Shown here piece after piece: positions 14,015 to 28,039 of a stretch of 64,000 nucleotides of DNA. How positions within the stretch are numbered: the stretch's first letter is position 1; every line of letters starts with the position of its first letter. Both the position numbers and the translations under genes were made by a program. Under the pieces are notes generated by a model. It did no database searches and was not told the DNA's origin. It was given only the letters and a program-made list of their open reading frames with translations. This DNA comes from the human T2T-CHM13v2.0 reference genome, Homo sapiens, in the NCBI RefSeq assembly GCF_009914755.1, contig NC_060936.1; one strand, written 5' to 3'.

Positions 14015-14500
14015 CCTAGTACAGGTGGGAATGTCACCCCCAACCCCAACTACAAAAAAACTGATATGTGTAAAGTCCTAAGCCCCAGCACCTCAAAACA
14101 TGACCTCATTTGGAAACAGAGTCTTTAGAGCGAGAAGCAAGTTAGAATGAGGTTACTGGGGTGGGCCCTAATCCAATGACTTATGAAAAGGGGAAATTTG
14201 GACAAAAAGACAGACACACACGGAGGGGAGATGACGCGAACAGACACGGGAAGAACACCACACGAATACAAAAGACGGGAGTGACGCATCTCCCAGCCAA
14301 GGAACGCCAAGGAGGCCGGCAGCCGCCAGGAGCTGGAACCGGCAAGGAAGCAGCCTCCCCCAGAGCCTTCTAGAGAATGTGGTCCTGCAGCACCTTGATT
14401 TCCAACTGCTGGCCTCCAGTACTGTGAGAGAAGAAAGTTCCTGCCATTTTCAGCTGCCCGGTTCACGGCCGAGTGTTAAGGCAGCGCTGAGAAGCTAGTC
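14015..14500 (+). mobile_element. MLT1-family MaLR solo LTR
   Basis: tgacctcatttggaaacagagtcttt...gtgggccctaatccaatgac...ggcctccagtactgtgaga. Confidence 0.8.
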
Positions 14501-14795
14501 CGGCGTGTGATCTTCCACAAACCGCGGTGCTGTCACTGCAGCTGGAAAACGACTCGGTGAGCATGAGGCCTCGGGGTGGTGGTGATGTGCATGCAGCCGT
14601 CTGTTTGCCACCGATGGGCAGCAACTGAGGGTGTGAATCCACCCTGGCTGATCCAGGTTTCCTCCCAAAGCAAGGACACTGCCTGCCACCCAGAGACATC
14701 CACGTACCACGCAAGAGGACACGTCAAGTCTGCAAACACATGTCAAGTCCGCAGGGTGCAAACTGCACAGTGCACAGGCCAGAGACAGCCTCTGA

Positions 14796-15133
<338 letters not shown>

Positions 15134-16299
15134 TGGTGCTTTCTAAAATCCTAAATTCATTGCCAGCACTGAAAACCAGAGGCTGTTACACAAAAAGCCA
15201 AACCTAAAGCTTCTCTTGAAAACATCAGGCCATTGGGCCACACCCCTTCATGGCCACAGGCTGGGAAACTGAGGCTTGGCTGCTCCTTTCAAAGGTCGCC
15301 CAGCTCCCCGTTCCTCAGCCCCTACTACTCCCTATTGCCTCACACCAGCCCTCCTCACTCAAACCTTCCTTCCCGCTCCTGGAGGCAGCCACCTGGGGGA
15401 CTCCTGGTTTATGATGCCCACGTGTTCAACATTCCTCTGGCAAACGTTTTTTTAAGTGTTTATTTTGTTCCAAGCAGTGTTTAGGCAATGAAGATGCAAA
15501 TAGCTTACTGCAGACAAATCTTTTCTGCTGAGCTTCTGTCCGGCAAGCATAAGGACCACAGTCTGTAGGAGGGCTCTGGAGGCATGGGGTAAGCAGCATG
15601 TGATGAGTTTGCTGGTAGAGGCACTCATGGGGTGCAAAGAAGTCAGGGTTTAAAAACACACACCCTATAAGGAAACCTAGTCTTGCCATCTGCCAGGGCA
15701 CTGGAGAGGAGAAGCAGGACATAGGAGGGCAGGATAAGGAGGCAGGAATTATGAGAGTATTCCAGGGGAGTCCGGTTGGACCCTAGCTGGGACTGGTCCT
15801 GGGGTTTATGGGGTACTGGAAAAGGAAAGCTTGGGGGCAATCAGGGGAGGCTTCCTGGAGGAAGGGAGGTTTGAGCTGAGGCCTGAGAGAAGCAGAGGAA
15901 TGCGGTGGGAAGAAGAAAATGAGCAGAGCCCTGGGTTCTAGGGAGGGAGGCAGCAATAGTGAATCTGGAGAGGGCAGAAGGGGTGCTCAGGGAGAGCCTG
16001 ACCCCGGCTGCAGGGGAGAGGAAGAGGGAGGCAGATATGCAGGGCCCGGATACCTTGGGAAGAGACTGCGGGTTGGGGGGATGGTCTGAACCTCCTGATC
16101 ACTGAGCGCCAACCAAAAGCTGTGACAGTGCCAAACAATGTGATGTGACTTGTCTAAGGTCACCCAGGTAGGGAGGGGCAGGGCCTGGAGTAGAGACCCA
16201 GGAGAGGAAGTTGGCTGGATGTGCAGTTAGGACTGGTCTAGGAATTTGTCTGTGTGACCCTGGGGGAGTCATCTGATGTCTCTGAACAAGACCAGAGAG

Positions 16300-16960
16300 A
16301 CCTGCTAAGAGTAACCTGGGTTCTGACTGATCCCCCTTTCCGCCTGCACAGCCCCGGGTCTGACAGTTCCCATCAGCCGACCCCCAAATGAGGCAGCAGG
16401 AGGGAAGAAATCAGGCTGCGAAAAGAGAAAAACGAGCAACGGAAGAAACCGGCTTCCAGGCCTGAGGGGGCCGGTGAACCAGGGCAACCCCCGGGCAGGC
16501 AGAGGCAGAATGTGCCTGAGCGCCATCTGCCGCTCATCCCCAGGTCCCACGCACTTTCACCACATCCCACGCGGGCTCCATAGACTCCCGGGAATTCCTG
16601 GAGCATCCTGCCCAGGGTGGGGCCCATCCCTCGATGGAGCCCCCATCTCCTGCCCCTCTGCGGCTGCCCCGGCCCCGCCCCGGTGGTCTGAGCGCTCCCT
16701 CCTGCAGCAGGGGACACCAGCAGCGCCCGAAGCAGGTGGCGGTGGGAGGGCGGCGGAGGCGGCTACGGGCGACTCCAACGCGTCCGAAATCGTCTGTGCG
16801 GCAGGAAGTCAAGCGTGAAATTAACTTTCACTCCGCGGCCCCAGCATGCAGACGCAGAGAAATTAAAGTGACGGGGCAAGGTCTCTGGGGAGGGAACGAC
16901 CTCCCACCTAGAAGCAATGACAGCAGCGGGGGCGAGGAGGCCGTGAGCGCCAGGGAGGCT
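16300..16960. promoter_or_regulatory. CpG-rich intronic element with CTCF-like, ETS and IRF/PRDM1-like motifs
   Basis: gcgccatctgccgc 16520-16533; caggaagt 16802-16809; aactttcact about 16823-16832; locally dense CpG. Confidence 0.45.
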
Positions 16961-17695
16961 GCTCCAGGGGAAGCTGGGAGCCCCACCTGACCCCGGCTGG
17001 ACCATCTCATTGTCCCATGGCGGCAGTCACTTATCACAATGTATTTATTCTTATCAGCCTCCCCTACTAGAATGTCAGGCCTCATTCACTCCTATCTCCT
17101 AGAGGCCCAGAACAGTGCCTGGCGTGTAGTAGATGCTCAGTAAATATTTGTCGAATGAATGAGTCTGGGTCTCTGTAGACAAAAGAAAGAAGAACCAAAA
17201 ACCCAGTAGTATGTGCTGTACGTGCTGAGCACTGACCTCAGTGAGCACGTCTGAAACTGAGCCCTAGAGGGCAAGTGACTTCCCACAGGGACACACAGCT
17301 AGTCAAACAGCCAGGACGAGCTGCGGTCCCACTTGAGGTCCCTGTGTCCAGCCACATGGTGGGACGGGGCCTGCACGGGGCCTCCCTTCCCATGTCCCAG
17401 CACTGGACACGAGACAGTTTCTGCAGTCTAGCATGAGCGGTCACAAAACATCAGAGCCTGCAAGGAGTGCAGGGTGCAGAGGCTGCCAAGGGCAGCTTCC
17501 TGGGCACTGCAGATTTCCTGAACATTATGCACCCTCAGCTTGCAAACCTCCCAGTGACAGGGTGCTCACTACCTACCTCGGCAGCTCCTGCAGGGGCCTT
17601 CCCATGGTATTCTCACCCCTACCCCCAGGTCCTTCCTCCCTGCAGCCACCAAAGTGAACTTTTAAAACAAAAGTCTGATCACATTGCTTCCTGGG

Positions 17696-17731
17696 ATAAA
17701 CTTCATCACTATTATAAACTTCATCATTATT
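17696..17731. repeat. 18-bp tandem duplication ataaacttcatcaYtatt x2 inside an L2 remnant
   Basis: Direct reading, 1 mismatch. Confidence 0.85.
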
Positions 17732-18014
17732 ATCCCAACAGATAATAAAACCGGAACTCCTTACCAGCCCCCCGTGACCTGGCCTGTGCCCTCCTCTCCC
17801 TTGCCTACCTCCTTGGGCCATGCCAGCCTTCTCTGTGACCCCTGCCAGCTCAGGAAGGCCTTTGCACCTCCTGTTCCACCTGTCTGGGACACTCCCCAGA
17901 GGTCCACACAGCCAGCTGCTGCTCAGCCTACAAGGGTCCCCTTAACTGTCATGGCCTGCCCTGACCTCTCTGGCTAATGTCACCCCCTCATTTTCTCTCC
18001 CATTACCCCACTTA

Positions 18015-19006
<992 letters not shown>

Positions 19007-19010
19007 TATT

Positions 19011-19317
19011 TTCTTTCTTTTTTCTTTCTTTCTTTTTTTTTTTTAACAGAAACAGGGTTTTGCTCTGTCACCCAGGCTGGAGTACAGTGGTGCAATCACG
19101 GCTCACTGCAGCCCTGAACTCCTGGGCTCAAGCGATTCTCCCTCCTTCGCCTCCTGAGTACCTGGGACCACAGGCACGTGCCACCACACCCAGCTAATTT
19201 CTTGTCAATTTTTGCTATGTTTGGCCAGGCTGGTCTTGAACTCCTGGCCCCAGGCAATCCTCCCACCTCAGCCTCCCAAAGTGCTCGGATTATAGGCATG
19301 AGCCACTGCACCCGGCT
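19011..19317 (-). mobile_element. AluJ-like element
   Basis: Reverse Alu with T-rich head; short TSD gtatt. Confidence 0.88.
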
Positions 19318-21161
19318 GTATTAGCTGACATTCTCTTGTTTTGTTTACTTAACTCATTCTGGTTCTGTCTCCACTGCTAGACAAATCTTGATGAGGGATG
19401 AGGCCTTTGTTTTATCCAAGGCTGAATAGCCAAGGCCTAGAACGGGACCTGACACACAGCAGGCTCTCAATAAAGATGGGATGAATGAATGAGGGAATGC
19501 CCCAAACAGCCTGGACTCAGTTGAGAACACCCCACCCTCATCCCCTAAACCACCTGTGATGAGGTCCTAAGAATGTCCCCCTTGCTTTCAGCACCCCTCC
19601 ATCTGTGGCTTCCCACCCCAGACAGGGGCCCCAGAGCAAGGCAGGTCCCAGGAAGCTGCAGAAGGGACAGGGGTAGCCCAATTGGAAGACAAACTATGTC
19701 GAGTCAAAAGGGATCTGGGACCTGGGCAATGAATGAGCCCGCCAGGCCGATGAGGAGCCCAGGCTGCATCTGACATGGGCCTTCTGTACCAGCCCGGGAC
19801 CCCTGGCGCAGAACACATGCCCCTTCCTGACACACTCTGCAGCCCCTGCTGGCCACTGGCTGAGGATGACCCCCCCGCCAGCCACGCTGGTGAAGTATCT
19901 TTGTCAGGTGCTCCTGAACCCGAGAAGGCCAAGGGCCTCAACTAGCAAGGAGAGATTTTCTAGGCTGCTGCAACAATGACCAGATGCTGCAGGAGGGTGG
20001 CCAAGTTGATCACCTGAGCTTGGACCAGTCGCGCAACTCTGGAAACTACAACAGCAGCGATCTCCCCGTCGACTAGTCCAGCACCAGCAGATGTGTGAAA
20101 ACACTGGAAGGTTTGCACGCTTTCAGGAACGGGGAGCTCACCACCGCATATACACTCTGTAGTTCCATCCCAGGAACGCTTGAACAATCGGACCGGGCTG
20201 AACTACCCACCGAATCAGCTAAACGCCTCCCTTTGCAGCCACACTCAAACGCCTGTACCCTCTCACCATGACGAACCTTGAACATTCAACAGCTATGATC
20301 CTGAAGAGTCTCACCTCCAACCTACCAGCCCACCACGTGGCCATATGTTCCTCAAGGGGCAAGATCTGCAGCCCCTTTTACCTTTTGGGTTCCTGGGCAC
20401 TAACATGAGATAACATGCCCTCCTCGGCCCAACAGTCTATGCTCCCGTTAATGCATCCCAAGAAAAAGCCAGCCCCCTTCCAGCTGCCACACCTCCAATG
20501 CCTTGTACCCCGCTTGAAGATACAATGCTACCAGCCTCCAGCACCGCCTCACCCAATGGCAGTGGCACTTAATTGACATTTTCTTCCCTCCTAGCACCGG
20601 TCTGGGAAAAGGCCCCCATCATTAGAATACATCACATTGGCCACCTCCAAAGCCTCAGGGCCTGGATGAGTGCTCTGATCTGCCCCATAGTGGGCTGTGC
20701 CAGAGGGACCTCTCTGTGCAGACACCAGGTGATTCCCAAACATGCTTATGCCAGAGCCCAAAACACCAGGCCCCCGCCTGCTCTGGGGCCACTCCCCATC
20801 TCCCTGAGCCGGCTGCCTTCTGCCCGCAACAGCTCCCTCCTGCTCGAACAGGATGCAGATGTACAGCCTGGGACCTCTGACCTCCGTCTCTCCAGACCCA
20901 CCTGTGCACCAGCAGCTCCCTCGCCCACCCTCCCAAACCCAGCCTGTCTCCCAAAACCTCAGGGGGACACTCTCTCTGCTCCCCACCCCCACCCCAGGTG
21001 CCACCTAGGACTGTCTCCTGTCCCCTCCGGGAGCACCTGGCCCTGGCCGGGAGCCCCTGATGGGAACAGAGAGCCCACGTCCCACATCCCATGCAGGCTG
21101 CTGAGAGCCTGCTCGCCCACCCTGCCTCTGTGTGTCTGCACGGCTGCCCGCGAGCACTCAC

Positions 21162-21214
21162 ATTTTGATGTTCTCATGATACTGCCGGGTGTCGGAGGGC
21201 TGGTTGTACAGCGG
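21162..21214 (-). CDS. NCOR2: NCOR2 coding exon (53 nt): PLYNQPSDTRQYHENIK(I)
   Basis: Acceptor ctctccctttgcag|CCG, donor AAAAT|gtgagt; phase 0 to 2; TBL1-interacting region. Confidence 0.95.
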
Positions 21215-21499
21215 CTGCAAAGGGAGAGAGAGAAGCACATCAGAGCCTGGCTGGCCACTGGCCACTACAGAGCCCACCGGTAGGAGCCACAGCCCTGGCA
21301 CGGAGGAGCTGTCCTCTGGGTGAGGGCTCAGCCGCAGGCAGGCATGAAACAGAACACAGGGACCCAGCACGCAGCCCCAGCCAGGAACAGGCTGAAACTG
21401 GTTCCTCGGGAACAGCTGTGGGTACTGTGACCACCCCCACCAAGGTCGTCATGGCTGCTCTGCGGGGCATTCAGCAGTGCTGGCCTGGAAGGGGCCACA

Positions 21500-22050
21500 G
21501 CCCAGAGCACACCCGGACAAACCCACACACACCCCAGAGATTGGCCCTGGCCACCAAACGTGGAAAGCCACTTGGCTTCCTAGCTCACCATGGAAACGCG
21601 CGTCCCAACGCTGCAAGATACCACTCCACCCCCACTGACCAGCAAAAGACAAAAACGTTGAATGCCAAGTGTTGGTGAGGTCTGGGGTGACAGGAAGGCT
21701 GGCACATAGCTGGTGGGAGCATGGTGTATGGGCACACATCCCCCAGAGAGACAACAGCCACTACCTGGTAACGAACACCGACGCCCCCGCTTCCGACCCC
21801 CATGCTCCTGCAGTTGCCTACTGTGCTCCACCAGGAGACGGGCGCTAGGATGTTCCTAACGCACTGCTCACAGCGGCCAGTGAGAAGCAAGCTAGCCGTC
21901 CACCACCAGAAGAGCAGCTAAGGAGACCAGGACTCGGTTACACCACAAATCCCACACAGCAGTGAGAAAGGGAGGCAGGGCCCACATGTAGCAAGCACAG
22001 GGCTTCAAAGAGCGTACCAGGAGACGCAGAAAGCACGGCAGCATCTGTGA
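21500..22050 (+). mobile_element. Ancient L1 ORF2 3' fragment, strongly GC-shifted
   Basis: agataccactccacccccact...gccaagtgttggtgagg...gctggtgggag are colinear with the L1 ORF2 end. Confidence 0.6.
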
Positions 22051-22339
22051 TGGTGCAGGGACCAAGCCAGCTGCCACGTGTCCCCTCCCAGATGGAAGAA
22101 CCTTGCTTAGCAACCAAGGGCACAGCCTAGGTTCAAGTCCCGGTTCTGATACTTTCTAGCTGGGTCTCCCTGGGAAGTTACTTATTCCATCTGTGCCTCC
22201 ATTTCTCCTCATCTATAAAATGGGGTTAAACTCATAGGATTTTGTGAAGATCAAACGAGACAGTGCATGCTAAGCTCTCAGGCTGGTACCTGCAGGCTGA
22301 AGTGCCCAGAGGTGCCAGTCACATTGCCGCCATCAGGGA

Positions 22340-22745
22340 GCAGTGGCTGTGCTAATGGCACCCACCTTTCACGCCTCCCTGTAACCACCCATGACCTTGC
22401 TGTGGCCAGTGGAATTGCTGCACACTTAGCAAAAGCAGAGGCTTGAAGATGCGAGTTCGCATTTCTGCTGTTTCTGTCAAGAGAATGAGCCTAGCCTGGC
22501 CTGCAGGAAGCGGGCAGAGAGGCAAGGAGCAGCGTGGTGCAACCCAGCCTGGGCTGATCTACAACGCCGGCCCCCCGACTCCCTCGCTGGCCACGGAGGT
22601 GCAAGAGCTGAGCCCACACCAGCAGAAATGCTCAGCTGCCTTCCAGACAGGTGAGAAACAGTGAACAGTTGCTGCTTCAAGCCTCTAAATGTGGGGCTGC
22701 TTTGTTCCCCAGCAGTAGCCATGTAACCATACCGGGTAACTGATA
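22340..22745 (+). mobile_element. Old MLT1-type LTR fragment
   Basis: ttgctgtggccagtggaat...gttgctgcttcaagcctctaaatgtggggctgctttgtt...cagcagtag. Confidence 0.55.
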
Positions 22746-25700
22746 CAATCATCCCCCACTGTACAGAAAGAAAAATTGAGTCCTTAAGAGGTTACAACAT
22801 TTGCCCACAGCTGGTAAGAGATGAGCCTGAATGACAGCCCGCCTCTCAGCCCCAGCGCTGGAGGAAGGAGTCTGCTCCCCTCTCTGCCTGAGTCTCTGTG
22901 TGTGTGTGTGTATGTCTTTCTGTCTGTCTGTCTGTCTCCCTCTCTTCCTGTCCCTCTCCCTCTCACACACCCATGCACACAGCAGGAGCCTCCCAGGGTG
23001 GCCATGGGTGACTATGGTGGGAAGATCAGGTACAGAGTGTGAGTGATCAGATGGAACAGGGAAGGATGGAGACGTGGAGTCCTGCAGCCTCAGGGCAGGG
23101 CTGCAGCGACAGAAGGGACACACAAGTCTCTTCCCTGGGGATAGAGCTGAACACACCTCCTGATGACGCCGGCAGAGTGGGCCACCCAGACCCCCGCCCA
23201 CCCATCCCCAGGGAAGGGCCTCTGCAGCTCTACAGAGCCTCACAGACAGTCTCGGCTGGTGACAATGTCGCCTTTCCCCCTGTAGCCCCAGATCCCCTCC
23301 TAGAGAATTCACCACTGGGCTCGGGCAATTCCAGGCTCCTGCTCAGCTACTCTCCTGGGGACAGAGATGTCATCCTGCAGCTGCCATGGGCCATTTCTCC
23401 CCGTGCCGGGTCAGGCTCCCCTCCCAAGGTTCTCAGCCCTGAACAGAGGGCAGTTTCCCCACCCTGACCCTGGAAGTTTGAACAAGAGGGAGAAGTGGGC
23501 AGAGGAACAAGAGAGCCCACGGTCAGACTCACTGCAGAACTTCCCAGTGGAGGGAAGGGGTGCAGTGCAGCATCCCTGCAGAGGGTGCGAATCCTCGTCT
23601 CAGGAATGGCAAGGGGCCCTGTGAAGATGCCCATGCTGTAACCCGGGCAACCACACTGGCTCCTTTATGTTCCCCACATGCCAATCAAATGCAGGCCAGG
23701 TGCAAGCGGACATCACTTAAAGGTTCGGGTTTTGGAAACAGATAGGCCCCAATTTAAATGGTGCCTCCTCCCTCACTAGCTGTGAGCTTGGACAAGTGCC
23801 CTCAACACTCCAGCCTCGGTTTCCTCATCTGGAATATGGGTGTAGGTCAAAGAGGACCTACTTCACGGAAATTTTGGATAGCCCAGAAAATTTCAGACTT
23901 GGTGAAATTTGGTGTTTGTCTTGTTTTGGTTTTAAAGATAGCAAACAGCCGAAGGGGGCCAGAAAGGGGCTGGAAGCCCACAGCACGCAGCCCTGGGAGG
24001 GCGAGGTGGGCAGAGGGGACAGTGCTTCTGCGGCACAGGGCGGGTGCAGAAATGCAGGACCGGCTCCCGGGGGCAGCAAGAGCCCGGTCAGCCTCCAACC
24101 CACCAAAGCCACAGGGGAGGAAGGCCACTTCCACTTGGTGGCCTCCTCCCCTGCCCTGTAGATAGGGACACAGCCCCTGCTTCTCAAGGCGGCCATCGGT
24201 GAGGGGCCCACAAGGCGAAGGCCCCGAAGGACTGAGGATACTGTGGGGTGCTGCGGCCTCTAAACAGGAGCTGCCCCCCTGGGAGGCACTCACCAGCCAC
24301 TCCCCGAGGCCCCTGAACCCCAGGAGCCCAGGGGAGGCTCTGGGCCCAGAGCTGCCTGGAATGCCGTGCACCGCCATGGCAACAGGCTGAGGACAGCCAT
24401 CTTGGAAAGCCCAGAAGGGAGTGGGGGGAGGGAGGGACAGTGACATGTCCTGGCAGGTGCATTGCTGAGGGGACGCAGGGCCCGAGGGGACTCCCCAACA
24501 TCCCCCTCATCCTCTGCAGAGAGGGCTGCACAAAGGCCTGGCGGCTCCCAGCCCAGGCTAGCCGGGGTCCCCACATGGGGCCATGAGGCACCTCCACAGC
24601 CACACAGGCTGGGGGGCATGGCTGGCCCCTGTCCCTCACCCCCAGGCCTTATCCTCCCGGGAGAAATGACCCCTGGGGGGACTCACGCCAGTGAGGGAAT
24701 CGAGGCCTAGATGCGTGTGGAGCCTGGGGTGGTAGGGGCGGCACCCAGGAGGCCCCAAGGTCCAGCTCTCTCTTGCTCAGCCTCCGTCTCCTCTAAAATC
24801 AGAGGCACAGCCACTCAGAGGGCAGAAAGAGGGCAAAGGGGAGCAGGTGCCAGACGCAGGGCGCAGGCAGAGATGAGGCATGGTGGTGACTAAGAAAGCC
24901 AGCAGGGGCCAGGGAGGAGGCGGCCCCCCTCGGGCTTTGAGCCAGCCAGCAGGGCCACCAGGAAGAGCCAGAGTCCCAGGCGGCCTGAGCTGGCAATAAA
25001 TGAAGTGACAGCCCCAGCCCTCAACCCGCTGGTGACACCAGCTTCTTAAAATAACGCCTTGGAACAGGAAGGAAGCAATGACTCAAAGCGGCAGAGAGGT
25101 CGGGGCTGCTGGGCACGCCCTCCACCACTGCGCCCGCTCCCAGCCTGGTCCAGTCCCCACAGCTGGGCTGGAGGGGCCGTGCCCCACCATCTCAGTGCCC
25201 CCGACCCCTGGTTAGCACCTCTGGTGCTATTTTCATCCTTTCCAATGCAAATTCCTCCAGGAAGGCCACAGGGATCCGTCCCTGCCGAGGGGAGGGGCGT
25301 TGGAACTGCAGCTTCTGATGGAAGACACCCTGGGAACTGGACTCTGTGACCCACAGCACCTCAGGCCGTCCCTGGCCCGGGCTTCTGGCACCCAGTTGGT
25401 AGACAGGACCCTGCAGAGGGTGCACCATGCAGCTGCCTCTGCTTGGAGGATGCCTGTGGCCACTCGGGCCTGGCAGATCTGTGCAGAACTGGCCGGCCGC
25501 TCTCCCAGGGGCTCAGCACACCTCCACGCCTCATCTCTTGCTGTGTGGCCCGGCACAAGGCACTCCTCTCACTGAGCCTCATCCAGAAAATGGGACGGCA
25601 ACAGCTCTGTGAGGCGTCCTCCCTGTCCCCACTGACTGGCACCAAGCCAGGGGCCTTCAAGAGTCCAAACACTAGATCTTAGCCTCCTGTGCCATCAGCC

Positions 25701-26034
25701 TTGTGGAAGCCTCTGCTCTGAGATCCCCAAGTGGAAGACAACCCCGTCCCCTTGTCTCCAAAGAACCAGAGAAGACTCACTGTGGGGTCCCTGGTTCCAA
25801 AGCTTCTGACACCAGCAGCTGCCCACCCCCATCTGCCCACAGACTCCCACGGACAGGGGCTTCCTCGCCTGTGTTCCTCGGGCCCTAAGACACAGGCCCT
25901 TTCCCCCAGGAGGCCCCCGGGGACCAATCAGGAAACGGGAGCGGGAGGACCCGGAAATCTGGAAATGCTTGGGAACTTCATCCAACCCTGCCATCCCTAT
26001 TTGGCAGAAAAGGAGAAACCGAGGCAAGAGGCAG

Positions 26035-26600
26035 CTTACTGGTGGAGATGTAAAATGGTACGGCCACTTTGGAAAACAGTTGGGCAGTTCCTCAAGGGGC
26101 TAAACAGGGTTAACAGAGGATCTAGCAATTCCACGCCTAGGTACACACCCAGGAGAAATGAAGACGTACGTTCACATGGAAACGGCACACTAATGTTCAC
26201 AGCAACTTTATTCACAATACCCCAAATATGCAAACAATCTCACGTCCACCGACTGATGAGTGGGTAAACAACACGTGACCTACCCCTACAGTGAAATATG
26301 ATTCAGCCACAAAAAGGAACGAAGGACCGACCCACGCTCGACACGGATGAACCTCGAAAACATGATGCTGAGTGAGAGAAACCAGACACAAAGGACCACA
26401 TATTGCAAGATTCCATTTATAGGAAATGTCCAGAATAGGCAAATCCATAGAGACAGAAGGGTTTCTTTTTGAGATGATGGAATGTTCTAAAATTGACCGT
26501 GGTGACAGTTGCACACATCTGTGAATACACTAAAACCCACTGAACTGGACACTTTGAGTGAATGGCATGCGTGTGAATTGTACCTCAATAAAGCTGTTTA
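26035..26600 (+). mobile_element. L1MB-like 3' end
   Basis: gtaaaatggtacggccactttggaaaacagt...acacggatgaacctcgaaaacat...tacctcaataaagctgtt. Confidence 0.85.
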
Positions 26601-27195
26601 CAAAACAAAAAAACAAGCAAGCAGCAGCTGCTGCTGCTGAAAACTTCCCCAGATATCACTTCCACTGAGAGAAGCACGACCCTAGGCCAGAGCTCACCAC
26701 CCAGATCGCCCAGGCCCGAGGATGTGCCTGGAGGGGGCAGAGCCCTGAAGGGGTGGGGGAGCCCAGCGAGGTTCCTGAGTCCAGCCAGGTGGGCAGCTGG
26801 GCCCTGCTTCTGAGCTGGAGGAGCCCTTGCCATCTCCTCCCTGCTTCTGCCTTCTGAGTGGGCCTGGGAGCCCGGGGCTTGTAGTTCCTGAGTGGCCTCA
26901 ACAGACGGACCCCGGGCTTTGGGGAGCTCTCACTGCAAAACTGAGCAGCCTGCAGAAACTTCAGGGGGAGCAGCTCATCACCAAATTGTTCACAACTACT
27001 GAGCGCTTCGTAGGGACCAGGAGCTGCACTAGGTGAGCCTTTAACAGGCAGCACTGCCTTTAACCCTGGGAAGACCCTGGAAGGAGGCCCTAGAGCCTCC
27101 GCCTGTCCCAGATGAGAGAGCACTGTGGTACTGGGAGGTCAGCCCCTTTCCTAAGGCCACTTGGCAAACATGCAGTGGAGCTGAGTTTAGATTGA

Positions 27196-27514
<319 letters not shown>

Positions 27515-27831
27515 GAAGGCATAAGCCTTTATCTGCACCCTGGGCGCACTCACACGCACACCCTAGCCCACCATGCACACAGAGACTCTCCCTCATCCGG
27601 CACACATGTGGGTAGCATATGCCTTCAGTGCCCACCACGGCCATCCATGCTGACCAGCTCAGTGGGCACAGATGGCTGTGGGGCAGGCAGGGGCTGCGGC
27701 CCATTCTCTGGGGGCTAGGGCTTCTGCATCCACCCATCCTCAGCCCAGGGACTCCAGGAGGCCTGGGGCCTGCTTTCCAGCTCTGCTGCTGACATGGCAT
27801 CTTTCCGCAGCAAAAGGACACTAGTGACAGC

Positions 27832-27841
27832 CATCATCGCC

Positions 27842-27872
<31 letters not shown>

Positions 27873-27873
27873 T
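27832..27873. repeat. (CAT)n microsatellite at the tail of a minus-strand MIR (about 27874-28100)
   Basis: catcat...catagctaat...cccattttacagatgaggaaactga. Confidence 0.85.
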
Positions 27874-28039
27874 AGCTAATGCCCAGCACTTACTGTTTAC
27901 AAGGCAGGCGCGGCACCCGATGTTGGAAAAATATTAACACAGCTCCTCCTCACTGTAATCCAGTGGAATAGGTGCTGTTAGGATTCCCATTTTACAGATG
28001 AGGAAACTGAAGCACAGGGAGGGTAACAGACCCGCTCAG

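Noticed and set aside
20025-20066. + strand peptide PVAQLWK...R.P resembling the NCOR2 N-terminus PVAQTWR...R.P
   Set aside because: Short match, poor nucleotide similarity, flanked by stops; expected by chance
19931-20650. Apparent 10.4-bp phasing of AA/TT/TA dinucleotides
   Set aside because: A hand phase histogram gave only about 27 in-phase versus about 20 expected after fitting period and phase; not significant without a spectral test
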